DNA of 64,000 nucleotides from Setoptus koraiensis (lineage: Eukaryota; Animalia; Arthropoda). The translations under genes were made by a program, and so were the position numbers. Shown in pieces: positions 15,201 to 28,300 of the stretch; the first letter of the stretch is position 1; each line of letters opens with the position of its first letter. The stretch covers positions 8,990,001-9,054,000 of the forward strand of contig CM106586.1 in assembly GCA_048013815.1 (NCBI GenBank), given 5' to 3'. The notes under the pieces are model-generated. The model was given only the letters and a program-made list of their open reading frames with translations, did not search any database and was not told where the DNA came from.

Positions 15201-17207
15201 ACGCACACACATTTCACGCCTTGCATCGCTTTGTATGGGGCTGCGTATCGTTTGCTGGAGAGTCGTTTGCTCGCAACATCACTTGCCCGGCTGACACAAG
15301 CCACAACAATCGTTTGCTCGATTCAACGAGACTTGCGCACTGACGGGGGGAAACGAATCGACAGCCAGAAGATTAACAAGCCAACTTAACAACCGATGAC
15401 GAGCACGATGGAATGAAACTTATGACATGATTTGAATTTCCACGAAATCCCATGAAATACGATGTATGTGTGCGAGCGACCAGCGTTCCAAGCGAACGAC
15501 CTTGTATAAATGCCCCCGAGAGCCCAACGGAGATGGATGACAAGTTCATTGGCGAACAGTTTGCCCTTGACGCACCTCGAGAGTTTGCGCGAAAAACTTT
15601 CGCGAAAATCTTATAAAAAAATCATTCGCGAAAATCTTATAAAAAAAATCATTCGCGAAAATGCCTCGCGAAAATCTTATCCGAAAATTTTATTCAAAGT
15701 TTTTATTGTCGAGTGCATTGTTCGGAGACGGCCGCATTAGCAAGTCGGCGTTGTCAGTTCGACCATTGTCTCGAAAGAGTCAGTGAGCCATCGCCGAGGC
15801 ACAAAACAAAAAAAAACGCAGCACCATAAAGCGACACTTTTTTCCATTTGCGGAAATCAAAGCCCCACATATGGAGTGACAATAATTGATGGCATCCGCA
15901 CAGTGGCCATTGTCGACCAGTTTTTACAGCCAATAAGCAACATAACAGCACAATAAGTGTCATCACCGGCAATGCATTTTTGAGCAACATTTCTGAACAA
16001 GCAAGTTGACTCGCTGACACCTTTTCGGCGCGCAACAACGCCACCGATCCCGCTCGTTCGAACTTCGAAGCCAACAAAACAGCCAGTAATGAAGAGAATC
16101 AATCAATTGAACGGTTTGTACGTGCCAGACAAACCGAACGTGACAATCTGGGCCGCTGGTGACACACGCGAGCCGTGAATAAAAAGCTGTAGTAAGCTGG
16201 CCCCAGTGAAAAGTTGTCACTATTGTGAGAGAGAGAGCAAACAAGCAAGCACTAACTCTTTGGCATTTCAAAGAGTTCGTTTTACATGTAAGACGTCACA
16301 AGTTAGGGGGCGCTTGTCGACGGTCGCGAATTGTGAGCTCGTTCTGTTGTGTGTCGTTTCCGCCAGTGAGAGTCGGTGCGACGGTCGACACACGGCCCAA
16401 AAGAAGAGGCCGAAAAAATTCACGAAATGTGACACTTGCATAAACGTGACTTACATCATGTTCCGCGAACAATTGGCGCGCCACTGGCGGATTGTTCGCG
16501 AATTGTTGCCGATTGCGGGGCCCCACCATCGGCGCCCGAGTTCGAAGCCATTTGGGCCGGTGCCGATTGTGTTGCGTGTATCGGGGCTATTACAATTGCG
16601 CAATTGTACACAATTATTCGCACACTTGCACAATCACACACACACACCTTTGCTGTCCGAAATAATAACGGCAACAACAATCAGTGTGTCAGTGAGCACT
16701 GTCAAACGGCGCTTGAGCCGGCGAGCGGGCGCGCAGATAACGCCGGACCGGGCCGGACCGGGCCGGATAATTCAGATCATGCAGACAGCGCCGGCTGAGC
16801 AGTGTGAGAACTGGGCTGAATTGTCTGCACACAGGGAGGCGCCACTTGACTGGCTGCGTGACGCTCGAGTGCGCGCCCAGACAAACTTAACAAACTTTGT
16901 TTATATACTGTTTGAAATTTGCATATTATACTAATACACTCTTATATCATTGCTATCATATCGTTACCTGTCATTGCAGCAGCAGCAGCAGCAGCGGCCG
17001 CCTAAGAGCTTGTCACACGGCGCCTCTTCGCAGCGGGCAGCTTGCAAATTTGATTGCGTCGAGGACCCGGCGGCACCTGAGCGCGTGTTATAACAAGTGC
17101 ACGCGCAGCGTCCCGCAGGAACAATAGCCGGCCGGCGGATTGGCCGGCACGGGTAACGCGAGCAACAGAAGCCAGCTCGCCGGCGCAAGTGATTGGACAG
17201 CGGCCAG

Positions 17208-17316
17208 GCAACAACGACAACAACAGGCAACAACAGCGACAACAACAGGCAACAACAGCGACAACAACAGGCAACAACAACGACAACAACAGGCAACAAC
17301 AGCGACAACAACAACA
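17208..17316. repeat. CAA-rich higher-order tandem repeat (CAACAACAGG / CAACAACAGCGA units)
   Basis: Directly visible repeated units. Confidence 0.85.
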
Positions 17317-18443
17317 GGAAACTATTTGCATACAATAGAAGCCGCAAGCCAGCAACACAGTATAACAACACACAGTGTACAACCGGTAACGGTATTACGT
17401 AACACGCCCGCTAGCCAGCCAGCCGGCCGCTACAAGGCGCACAACGCGTGCCCGTGTACGTGCAACGTGAAGTACTTATGTACTAGCCGGCCGGGCCGGA
17501 CCGGGTTCGCTTTGCACGCGCGTGTGTGTGTGCGCATTGGTTGGAGCTTATTAGAAGGTGCTTATTAGATCGCCCATATGCGCGCACATGTTTGGTTTTA
17601 TCCGAATTAGGCAACATTGCGTAATAGCCGCCATTGGTGCTTGTAGCGCCGTGTATATGTGCAGAAACAATATATAATTACACATTATCCGCGTGCCGTT
17701 TTGCTGCCGGTTGTGCCGGTTGTTGCGCCGCTTGTTGTTGTTGCTGGCTAGCGGCGTAACAAACTAACTAACGGTGCACGGGTGCACCCACATATACCGA
17801 CATATACCGACATATACCGACATATACCCAGACAGGGGCCCAATTGAGATATAAGCCCGCCGGCGATCAGCAGAATCAAGAGAAGAAGAATCAAGTCTTT
17901 CATTCACGCAAGGTTAGCCACGAATTATCGGACCCCCGCCCACCTCACAAATTCAGCCTTCAGTTGCCGTTTCACAAATTGGTGGCCCCACAAAGCCATC
18001 GAAGCCGCCGAGATCGAGATCCAGAGAGAAAGAGAAAAGCACTTGACTTTGCCCCATTTGCAACCACTTTCGCCCTTACGGGCAACAACTTTGCAGCGCA
18101 CCAAAAGATGGCACCACCCAATCCAAAGTTATCCACATGCACCTATCGACATCGCAGCGGCCCATCGAATTTCGGCGCCAAAAATTACAACGGGCCCCAT
18201 TGTTGAATTTGATCGACGATGAGAGTCTAATTGAAAATTACATGAACACATTAGACCATTATCTACTCACTTGTATTTACATAAGTTTGTGAGTGGAGAC
18301 AGCGAGCAAACTTTTGTGTGCCATAGCTAGGGATAAATTACGCAATGACAAGCGACACAAACAATTGAACAATTGGACAATAACAGAACAAGCAAACAAA
18401 ACAAGCAAACAAACAAAGAGACAAGCGAGAAATCGATGCGAAA

Positions 18444-20684
18444 ATGGAACAGCAGGACCACCACTCGGCGAGCACAATGGCCGACGCAAATAAAAGGCCG
18501 GCAAAGAGCAGCGGCGGTGGCGGTGGCGCCGGCGCCCCCGCCAAACCGGCCCGTCGGGGCTCGCTCAATAGGTGGCTCAAGGACCCCATAAAGAAAATTG
18601 GCAGTTTCAAGTCGCCGAGTAAAACGCGGCGCGATATTTCCACAACCATTGGCACCAATCATCAGCAATCGTCGCAAAATTATACGAGCGACAACGAGCG
18701 CTTGGGCGCCAGATTGGATGTCGGCGTCACCGGAAGCAGTCGAAGCCAAAGCGTTTACGAGCACAAGCAGCCATATCCAAACAATTCCGACAGCAAACAA
18801 TTAAGCGAAAAGAAAGATAAGAATAATAATAGCAGTGGCGGTGGTTTTATACGTTCTTGGTCGCAACGAATCACTGGAACTGGCAATCGTAGCAATAATA
18901 AAAAAATGACTAATCGTCACGTTGACGCTCATAGGCGCTCGCACTGCCATGATGCAACAGCACCCACTGTTGCAAACAACGAGCCCCACACAACTACAAC
19001 TAGCACTAAAAATAGCAAAAATAATAATAATAATAATTGCTCTGTGATAGACTTGCTAAGATTACAAGAGACTGGCAATGACAAACCACCAAGGCCCTCT
19101 ATTGATAATGAAATTAATCATCTAATTAATAACAAGCAACCACCACCAGCAACGACAGCAACAACAACGGCACAGTGTTGCTGTTGCGACAGTGGCGACA
19201 AGTGCATTTTTGTCGCCGGGCCCCAATTAAATGATTGTCACAATAACAACAACAACAACAACAACAATTGTAATTGTAATTACAATACAACAACTGCGCC
19301 AACTTCGACCAGCGACGCGACATTGAGGCGCTCGTCTGGTTGCATTTCGCATACTCAACAGGAACAATTGTGGCAAGGTAGCGACAAAGCCCAAAGTGAT
19401 TATAATGACATGATTGGCGGTGCTGGCAAAACTAAGTGCAAACAACGCTCCATCTCGTTTGTTGGAAGAAACAATTTCAATTCAAATAGCAGCAAATTGG
19501 CACGATTCAGTTTGCGCATGCTGAGACACTCGCCCACAACAACAGCAGTGGCAAACAATAACAATAACGATAATAATAGCAAAAATAATGACCCCGACAA
19601 CAACAGCAACAACTTTTCGATAGTTGCTCCAAGCCAACCGGAAGTTAAAGTGGATAAACACAATAACAGTTGCAATGGCAGTGATAATAGCAGTAGCAGT
19701 GCTGGCGATTTTAATTTTGCACACAAGTTTCGTCCGTGTATAAAAGTCGCTAATTCGCCCCAAAAAACGCCAAGCCAACAACGACAAGATCAATCGATTG
19801 CAGTACGTTGCGACAAGCTGACGGAACAACTTGACAATTTGGTGGTGTTGTGCGGCCGGCCAAATGCGTCGCTTAGCAAGATATTGAGCGCCGACGACAA
19901 CAGCCGAGACGAACAGCAGCAGCAGCAGCAAGACGATGAAAATTGCGAAAATTGTGAGCCAGTCGGTGCGGGCGCCGCACAGGCCTCAACAAATAAATTG
20001 TTTTGCGCCAAGGATCGCATGGAGGCCTGGCGCACCACGAAGCAAGAGGAACAAGAGAAGAGCAGTCTCGAATCGGATGAAATTCAATTGAAATTGAAGC
20101 AATTACAAATTGACATTGCGCAGTCGACTAATTCGGATTCAGCGGCAGCAAGTGCAGCGAGACCGGAAGCAGCTGGAAAACAGCAACATCAGGAAAACCA
20201 ATCCAATGAGAAGGCGACAACAGATGAACTAACAATGATGAGCACATTTATGCAAAATCATAGCAGAAACAATGACAATAATCTAATCGCTGCTGCAAAC
20301 AATAGCAAACAACAATTAGGCATAAATCAAACAACGATAGTCGGTGATAGTGGTGCAGGTGGCGCTGGCGGTGATATCTTTAACACCGGCAGTGTTAGTG
20401 ACGATGACAGAGATGGCGAAGACAGAGATTTTGATTTATCGCTGCGCTCCGTTCAGACGGTCATATTTAAACGGGCCTCTTCCGGTTCCGCAAACACGCT
20501 AGCGACAACGGGTGATAATGTGCTAAATGACACCGACGACAATGGACTCACTGTTGACAGCAACAACAATTCAATTTGTCACCATCATCGCACAAATGAC
20601 GACGAGCTACAGGACTGCACCGGTAACCAAAGCAACGACGACAACTCAGACCAGGACGATAGCGATAATGACCAATCGACAGCG
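18444..20684 (+). CDS. Probable remote first coding exon of the Trio-like RhoGEF gene (low-complexity, N/Q/S/D-rich)
   Basis: 752-codon ORF from ATG 18444 with a strong donor GCG|GTAAGT at 20685 (phase 0). N-terminal SLNRWLKDPIKKIGS resembles the Trio/Kalirin motif TLRKWLTSPVRRLSS that precedes the second GEF domain. Phase is compatible with a CAG acceptor at 41988. The join is inferred. Confidence 0.7.
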
Positions 20685-23600
20685 GTAAGTCAATTGCGAT
20701 AATTCAATTGCGCCTCGCTCATGAGTCATGGCCGATATATTTTATGTAATATTTTGTATGAGCGACGACACGAAACTGTAGAAAATTGTTGTTGTTGTGT
20801 CCAAAAATGAGGCGAGCATCTTTTTTTAGTTTCGCAACTTTCCAATTAGCTTGAGCGTGTCTGGCATTACGCGCCCGAGCACGAAGTTCATAAATATCGT
20901 CCATAGATCATTTTCGAAGTCTACGTGAGCATCGCGAAAATTTTCGCGATTCTCGGAAATGTGCCAATACCAGTTAGCCTCTAGTTTGCGTTCGCATGAC
21001 AGATTGCGCGATTGCCGTCCATTGCGGCTCGAATCGAGATACACAAGTTGAATTTGTAAGTTGGTCGACTTGGCTGTACATTGGCCCACTTCGCAACGCA
21101 TCAACTAATAACCTAATATGCATTATGTAGCTCTAGCGCGAGAAATTCACACTAAAACACACTACAACTAATCAATTCTAAACGACAGAGTTCCCTGTTA
21201 GCTATTTGCCCCGATTCACCAGAGATGTCGCCCCGCAAGCTGCTGAGGCTCGCACTGGATCTTTTTCTGCCAGTGTCACAATAATTGTGCTGGTTGGGAG
21301 GCGCAAACTAGAGGGCGCTCGCCTACGGGCTGGCTCACCGGGTCAGATATTGGTTTTGGTGGTGGCGCAGACAACGTGCGTTATGTTTATGAGATATGTG
21401 ATTGAGTGTGAGATACAATGCGATGAACGAAATGATGATGGATTCAGAGCGATACGCGACAAATACGGGACACTGGGCGCCAAAGGGAGGGGGCAGTCCG
21501 CGTGGGACACATTCGGTCTGGCGCGGGCCAACTGAAACAGGGGAGACACGAGGCGAATAATGAAATGTCTGGCGTGGCCCTGTCGCCTCCGAGACTGGAT
21601 AGAGAGAGAGGGAGAGAGAGAAAAAGAAAGGAGACGACGATTCTCTCGACAATGTGTATAGATATGTCGGCACGGTTAGTGTGCTTCGAGATGGATGACC
21701 CAAGATGAGCGGACACGCAGAGCGAAATTGATGGGAGATGCAGGGAGAGTGGGAGTGAACTTGTGATAGGCATTCACTTACTATGTACAATTCACATGTA
21801 AAAAATGCATTCCGAGACATTACCAGAATCTGTGCCAGCCAGACCATATGTGTGACGTCTTGGGTGCTCTTATTCCAGAGGGCGCTCATCGTGGAAGCTT
21901 TCGAGTTTTTTCTCTCTCCATCTCCGTTTGGTCGTTGTGCAAAGTTTTTTGGTGAGTTTGTGACGTTAGTGAGATTGAGCGAAAAGGAAATTGCATCAGT
22001 CGGTCCGATGTGATTTGCCGGCGCCATCAGGGGCGCGAGCTGCATCGCAGCTTGTCGTCATCGTCGTAAGATGGTGGCTCAGGGTGATTGTCACCCAAGC
22101 TAAGTCGATTTGACGAAAAGAACGAACAGATTTTCCGAGACATTGGCATCTCTCAAGAGAACTATTTCGGCGACGTCGTTGTCATCATCGTCGTCCTCAA
22201 CTTGATATCATGATGACGACCAAGCGGCAAAAGTAATGCACCAACAACAACCAGTGCGCGCTATATCGACCGTCAAGACGACTATCCACCATAAAGGCGA
22301 TCTACATGTGTCAATAGATGTATAGATAGCGCGTGCATGGAGCGTGCATGTGTATGCACACCGACCATTATATCCAGACAGATGGCATGGGGCCCAGGCT
22401 ATCGGTGCTCACTCAATTGGTCACTAAAGCTCCCCCCGATCGCCCTCTGGCCTCGCCTCGAAGCCTGGCGAAATTATCGCGCCAGAGTCCACCCGCTTGT
22501 ATTAATAGACAGCTAACGGATGATCGGGCAGCGCAAGCGAACTTTATCGCCAAACTAAACTACTTCTGCTCGTCAGCTAGCCATCAACTGTCGACAAATG
22601 TTGCTAATCTTAGCCAAACAGTCGGTTTATTTCTGAGAGATTACAATCGCATCCATTGGATGAAACGTCCACAATTGATGGGGGATAAACTCTCATAAAT
22701 TATGAGCTGACCCACGGATACGATTAACAACCGAAATTATTGTTGTCCGACTTTTTACACTTGGGTGCCGATTGCAGGCCCCCCAGAAGGATTTGTATTT
22801 TCTATCGTGATTTGGGCCAATCTCTCTCTCTCTCTCTCTCTCTGAATAGCACATATTTAAGAATTTTCAAAGTTCATCTCTTCTGATTATCTACCATTTT
22901 TTTCATTTGAAGCAGTCCATGAAAATTTCGAATTCAAGTTTTTCTGGTTGGAAAAATTTTTCGAGAAAAACGTCTCTTTCTGAGAATTTCGAAACAGCGT
23001 CGTGTGGGCACCATTGGTCAACTTGGCTGTTTCAATTGCGAAAAATTCCTGCCGAGTGCAAGGCATGAATTTTGTAGTGGCTAGAAAAAAATTAATTTTT
23101 ATTTTGAGAGCAGGGAAAAATTTCGGCAGCGAAAAAAGGCACAACCGGAAATAGAGAAAAAGCGAAAAAAACGTTCGAGCGTTAGTGGGGATTTTTTCCG
23201 CCTCACTTATAACGGACGTAGACGGGGTGTTGTGACCTATCGATGAGGTTGGCATTGAGGTGGTGATGGGCGATGCTGAATAAACAGCCAGCAGTTGATC
23301 TTCATTCATTAGGCCAATTCATTGTCGGCAGCTCGAAAACACTCGACACACGTATGCAGGTATCTTTGGCGCGAGGAGGGTCTTGTGGTGCAGTAATGAG
23401 TGCTGGGGATTTGTATCCCCAAAAATGGTCATGAGAAGCCGCTGTTCAAGGTCTGTCTCGAAGTGTGTCTTTACATTAGAGTGCAAAATTGGTACATGAT
23501 ACAAGTTCGAACTAACTAACAATACCGATGCACAATGTAAGACCCGTTCTAAAAAGACTTCCGCAACGGTAAGTCGACAATAGCGACCTCTGGCCTCTAT

Positions 23601-24117
23601 GTCCATCGAAGTTTCTTTCAGCCCCGACGGCTCATCAATGGTTTTCGCAGTTGGCTAAAGCTGCCCAGGCCCGGACAAAACTCACCATGAGCCAGCCATG
23701 AGGCAGCAGAAGAAGCATAAGAGTTGATTGGATCGAGGGATAGACGGCTGTTTCTTCGTTTGCCGCTCTGCTGCAGCTTTCATTGCTGGTGGCATTGTTT
23801 GTTGTCTAAATTGCTGCCGCTGATCTCATTTGGAACCGCCAATTCTATTATTATGCTAGCTATTGTACTCTCTTCCATGAGCTTACATCTAGTCCAGGCC
23901 ACACAGTCGCCTCTGTCGGTGGCAAGTTTGATCATTTTCACCCGCCAATCGGACAGGCGGCAACCGGAAGTTATCGCTTGCACAACTATTGCAGTTCTCA
24001 ATGACCAGTTACGTAAGCGCATTACGATCTGACAACTATCAACTGGCCTGAAATGGTGCCAAAGCGACGCCAATGTCTCGCCGGAGTGACCCGCGCACAC
24101 GGGCTGCCAGATAATAT

Positions 24118-25351
24118 GGCGAGCTCGACATCAGCAGTGTGCAGTCTCGACTTAAAATTGTAAGACGATTGACTGGCCATTGGAGAGAGAAGATTGGCCA
24201 GATGGGGGAGAATCACCCAAACAATTGAACTGTGCTCTTTTTAAGCTGTAAACTTTCACTTTTTCGAAGAGTTTCAGCTGCTAGCAGCAACTGCCTGCTA
24301 ACCGACAATTGTTGTGCCGATGAAGTAACCGGATATGAGAATCGTCAGTATTGGTAGGCCTTTTGAGCGGACAAAATTGTGACAGGCGACAATTTGTTGG
24401 TTTTGGGGACGATTTTTATTCGTTGTAATTCTTATCTGTTGTCTTGTAGGCAAAGATATGGCATGCAACTGTTCGATTGGCGAAAGTGCGATTGCTGAAC
24501 GCAAGTGCTAATGGTATCATCGCCGTCGATAACAATTGGCTGCTGTTTGTGTGCTTGTTGCACCATTACATATTGGCCAGGTATTGTTTTTGCTGGATTT
24601 GATTTTAATTTCTGTATCAAGTTTAATTATTACAATGGGCTTTCGGGAATTGCGTGCATTGTTACCAAACGTTGAATTGAGCGGTGATGCGTTGGTCGGG
24701 TGTCTTTATACAGTGACATTCCAGTACATAGCGGCAGCATAAAAGACCAATCGACTTTTCTTTGCACGCTTCCTCCCTATCTTCAGATTTCATTTTAGCA
24801 ATTTCCAGACACTTCGGTGGGATAGGGCAATCTGATAGGGCATAATGAAAGACACCGACCAAAAGCAGCGCTATTGAGACAACGATCATTAATAACCTCA
24901 TTATTAACTTATGACCGGTTTATTACCAACATCAAGGCCTACGAATTGCGGTTTTTGTGTAGAATCTGGCGGACTTTAGTTGAGAGAGCACACTTTCGCA
25001 AGCATGCTTATGTCAGACATTCAATTTATATTTGATGGTTACAATTATTTTTTGGGCGCATGGCTCTACCATTCCAGACGATTTTTCGTTCATTAGCACT
25101 CTTAAAAGTTGCAGTCAACTTGTACCTGTTACACAAACATTAGAAATATATCACCTTTCCGTTTTTTCAACATCGCTGTCTTTCCATGCTTTCATTGAAT
25201 GACTATCAAGTTTCTCAAGTACAAGCTTTGAGCCTGTTCTATTCGACCAATCCAGACTTCAGGATTTTAGACAGCCAAATTGAACGTTTTTCGACGTTGG
25301 ATCACGTTCGGCCTGTTAGATATGAAACGGACATCGATGCATCCCTAATTG
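24118..25351. repeat. Copy 1 of a ~1.2-kb dispersed direct duplication (partner 32341-33588)
   Basis: Read by eye: near-identical core 24285-25312 vs 32511-33549, with more diverged but alignable flanks. Confidence 0.95.
24662..24901 (-). CDS. Putative secreted cysteine-rich small protein, copy 1 (79 aa unspliced; possible second exon 24592-24517 giving 103 aa)
   Basis: Signal-peptide-like N-terminus MRLLMIVVSIALLLVGVFHYALS|DC, then 7 Cys. Duplicated with one amino-acid difference. TATAAA lies ~125 bp upstream (25030-25025). Family not recognised. Confidence 0.6.
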   Translation of the reverse strand: MRLLMIVVSIALLLVGVFHYALSDCPIPPKCLEIAKMKSEDREEACKEKSIGLLCCRYVLECHCIKTPDQRITAQFNVW

Positions 25352-28300
25352 TAGTAACTGTGTAGTATGTTTCAACCGATTCCTACCGAAAAAAAAACCC
25401 AGGTTTTCGAATGATTTTTACCTTTTTAGGGCCAAAATAACTACCGATTCTGATGGGCTTAGTAATCACATCTCGTGATACACAAGATTTGGTTGGTAGA
25501 AGAGCAGACCTATGTTAAAATCAAATCCAAATTCATATTCATTAAACAGAATACATGATGGCATGCAATGCTCGAAATGAAGATATGTCGAGATTTTGTA
25601 CTGTCGAGATTTCATGCGTCAAGCGAACGTCCTTGTCTCTTTTCAAATAGGTTGGGCGTAAATACGGAGCTTGAGAGTTTTGTCATCACCAGAAATACCT
25701 TTGAAGAATCCGAAGCGGATTTTGCTGTCCGTTATAATTAATTTGTGCGCCACTTGGGCACATTTAATTTCGGGCCTCGTTCATTGATTTGACTCTTGGC
25801 TCTCTTGCCACTGTTTTCACGAGAGACCTAAATGCGACCGTAACTTGGCTTAGCTCATTTAAGCGTCACTCTATGGGTAGCGGAGATTGCAAAGTATCAA
25901 TCGGTATTGGTTCGTGCTGACTAGACAAAAAGAGGCAGTGCCTTTGGACGCGAGCACTTTGGTGAGGCACGTTGAATTATTGTTTTGCTACACCGTCATC
26001 GAGCTCTTTGTCCAAGTCAACTTTGAGCTTTGCGTAATATATTGCCCAATACTTAGTTTAAGTAAAAGAAAAAATACGCTACAATAAAGTTGTTGGCCCC
26101 AGGATTGTTGCCGATGGCTACGATGCGGCTAATAGCGCAAAATGACATGGACGATGCCATCTCAATCTGAACACGTCAAGCGGGTATCGTTACGCTGGCC
26201 AAATCACTGCTACCAATCTAAGACATTTCGTTTCGTCGTCCCCGGCCCGCAGAGCGTTCGCGAGTGCCCCTTTGCGACTGGCATCACGACGATGACAAGA
26301 CGATTCAACCAGAGAACCTGCGTCTTATTGTCATTGATTGTGCAGCGATGCAATCTGCATTTATCTCTTCATTTACATTGTATACTGGTGGTGATATATG
26401 TGCTTATATTTGCGTTTATCTTATTTACAGCGCTGTCTATCGCTTCACCAAAGGCCGCTCAGGTAGCGATTAGATTGGCACCGACGCAAATTCAACAACC
26501 ATCAACCAACAGACAGTGTCTGTTCGACTTGAGCCAGAAACTGACAACTTGCGAGCTAGTTACGCAAATTATCGCTCAATTTAGTTACATCATCTGCAAA
26601 TATCAAGCCGGACAATTGCATAACTTATTGCTCGTGTGAGGCGCCCCACTCAAAAAGTCACTCGAGCTGACCGTTTGACTGGTGTGACGCTTGAGGCTCT
26701 GACGGATTAATTGCACACAAGCAGCAGCTCGATGGACGCATGAAGCGACACATGAAAAAGCTGAATTGGCCACTCGGTTTTGTTTGGTCACTCTCTGTCT
26801 CACTTAACACTGTTATCGCGCACATCAGACAGGTTAGCAGCCATCTACCGGTAGTGGCGAGTAACAATAACAAATGGCTAAATTGCAGGCCGGTCGAGCC
26901 GAACAGCTTGTTAGTGTGTGTGTCAGTTGTGATAGGTTGTGTCAGAGAACAGTAGTTATCGTATCGCCGTCGCATAGTGTCCGTTATATGTTACCTGTCT
27001 GATGCAAGTGATCAATCTCACAACGTAGCCCATATATAACCTGACCCACGGCTGACGTGACGCTACATGACGTAACGTGACGTGTCTGTTACGGATGTGC
27101 ATGCGATCATTAATCACATCAGTAGTTGTGTGCCGGCGCGGTTTCCGTTGTTGGTCGCTTGGTTATTTTAGCTAACTAGCCAACTTGTATCGCATGCATG
27201 CCATGCGTGCCCCACACAAACACCAAAACGCCAACGTGCTGCTGGGGCCCGTATAACACACAGGCTGTATCTGGTAACAGGTGATACTGGGGCCCCATTG
27301 TATCGACTGGCGATAGATGTGGCTGATTGGCTGGCAAATAAGCTCGCACAATATTGTCTAATTCACACGGGCAGCGCACACAGTTTGTTGCGATGGCCGG
27401 ATGCTTATTTATATCGGTATATATTACGACATACTGACATACTGACATGGAATGTGTTGTGATACGGCCCTCGATCGGAGTCTATGCAAATTACATAATG
27501 TAACGGCACACACTTTTTCCTGTCAGCTAATGTGTGTGTGTTGCGCAAACAGATTGCTTAATAGCTGCCAGCAGTTGCAAATTATCGTTTTATTCATTGA
27601 GGTTTTGTCCACTTGATTGGCGTTTGCATGTCGGCTGTCTGCAATCAATGCCAATCAATGCTGCCAATATTGCGCAATACACTGGCCTGTGTAATATGCC
27701 AGTAGTAGTATATAATAATTTGGGCCATATAACAGCATATAACAACATGCCAATGGCTAAACCTAAACAATCCACAATTCACGTGCACCACCAAACATTC
27801 ACATATTATCATAATATATTAGATTACAATGCAAACCGGAAGCCAGCCGATAGAGCCCAAATGACAGTTGGTCGAACACAGTCTAGAAAATGGCAATTTG
27901 TGCACGTTGCAACACAACCAGTGGCCACTTTGTGCCACAGCAGTTACAATAACCGCTCAATGTGTATCCATTGCAACGCAACCAATCGCCATTAACCGTT
28001 ATGGCCGCTATATATCCGCTAATGCAATTCCAATTAACTCATAATAATAATGAGCTTGCCTGAGAGTATTAATTCATGTCACTGACGCCAACAACACACG
28101 CCAGTTATTAAGTCGCCAGTTTGTTCAAGTGTGCACAATTTAGTGCCCCATCGCCCGCTCTCTGGCAAATCGCTCTAGTCTGGCGATTTGCCTGGCCCCT
28201 TTTTTCTGTCGCCGCCTGGCCCATCGATGCTCGCCAATCAGCGCTTGCCGATATTAATCGGGGCCTCAAAACTGCCAAAGTGGCCACTATGGCCATCGGA

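Noticed and set aside
377-18206. Dozens of 60-200-aa ORFs in the left 18 kb
   Set aside because: They overlap on several frames and strands, are driven by GC-rich or microsatellite sequence, mostly use GTG/TTG starts that are irrelevant in a eukaryote, and show no recognisable domain.
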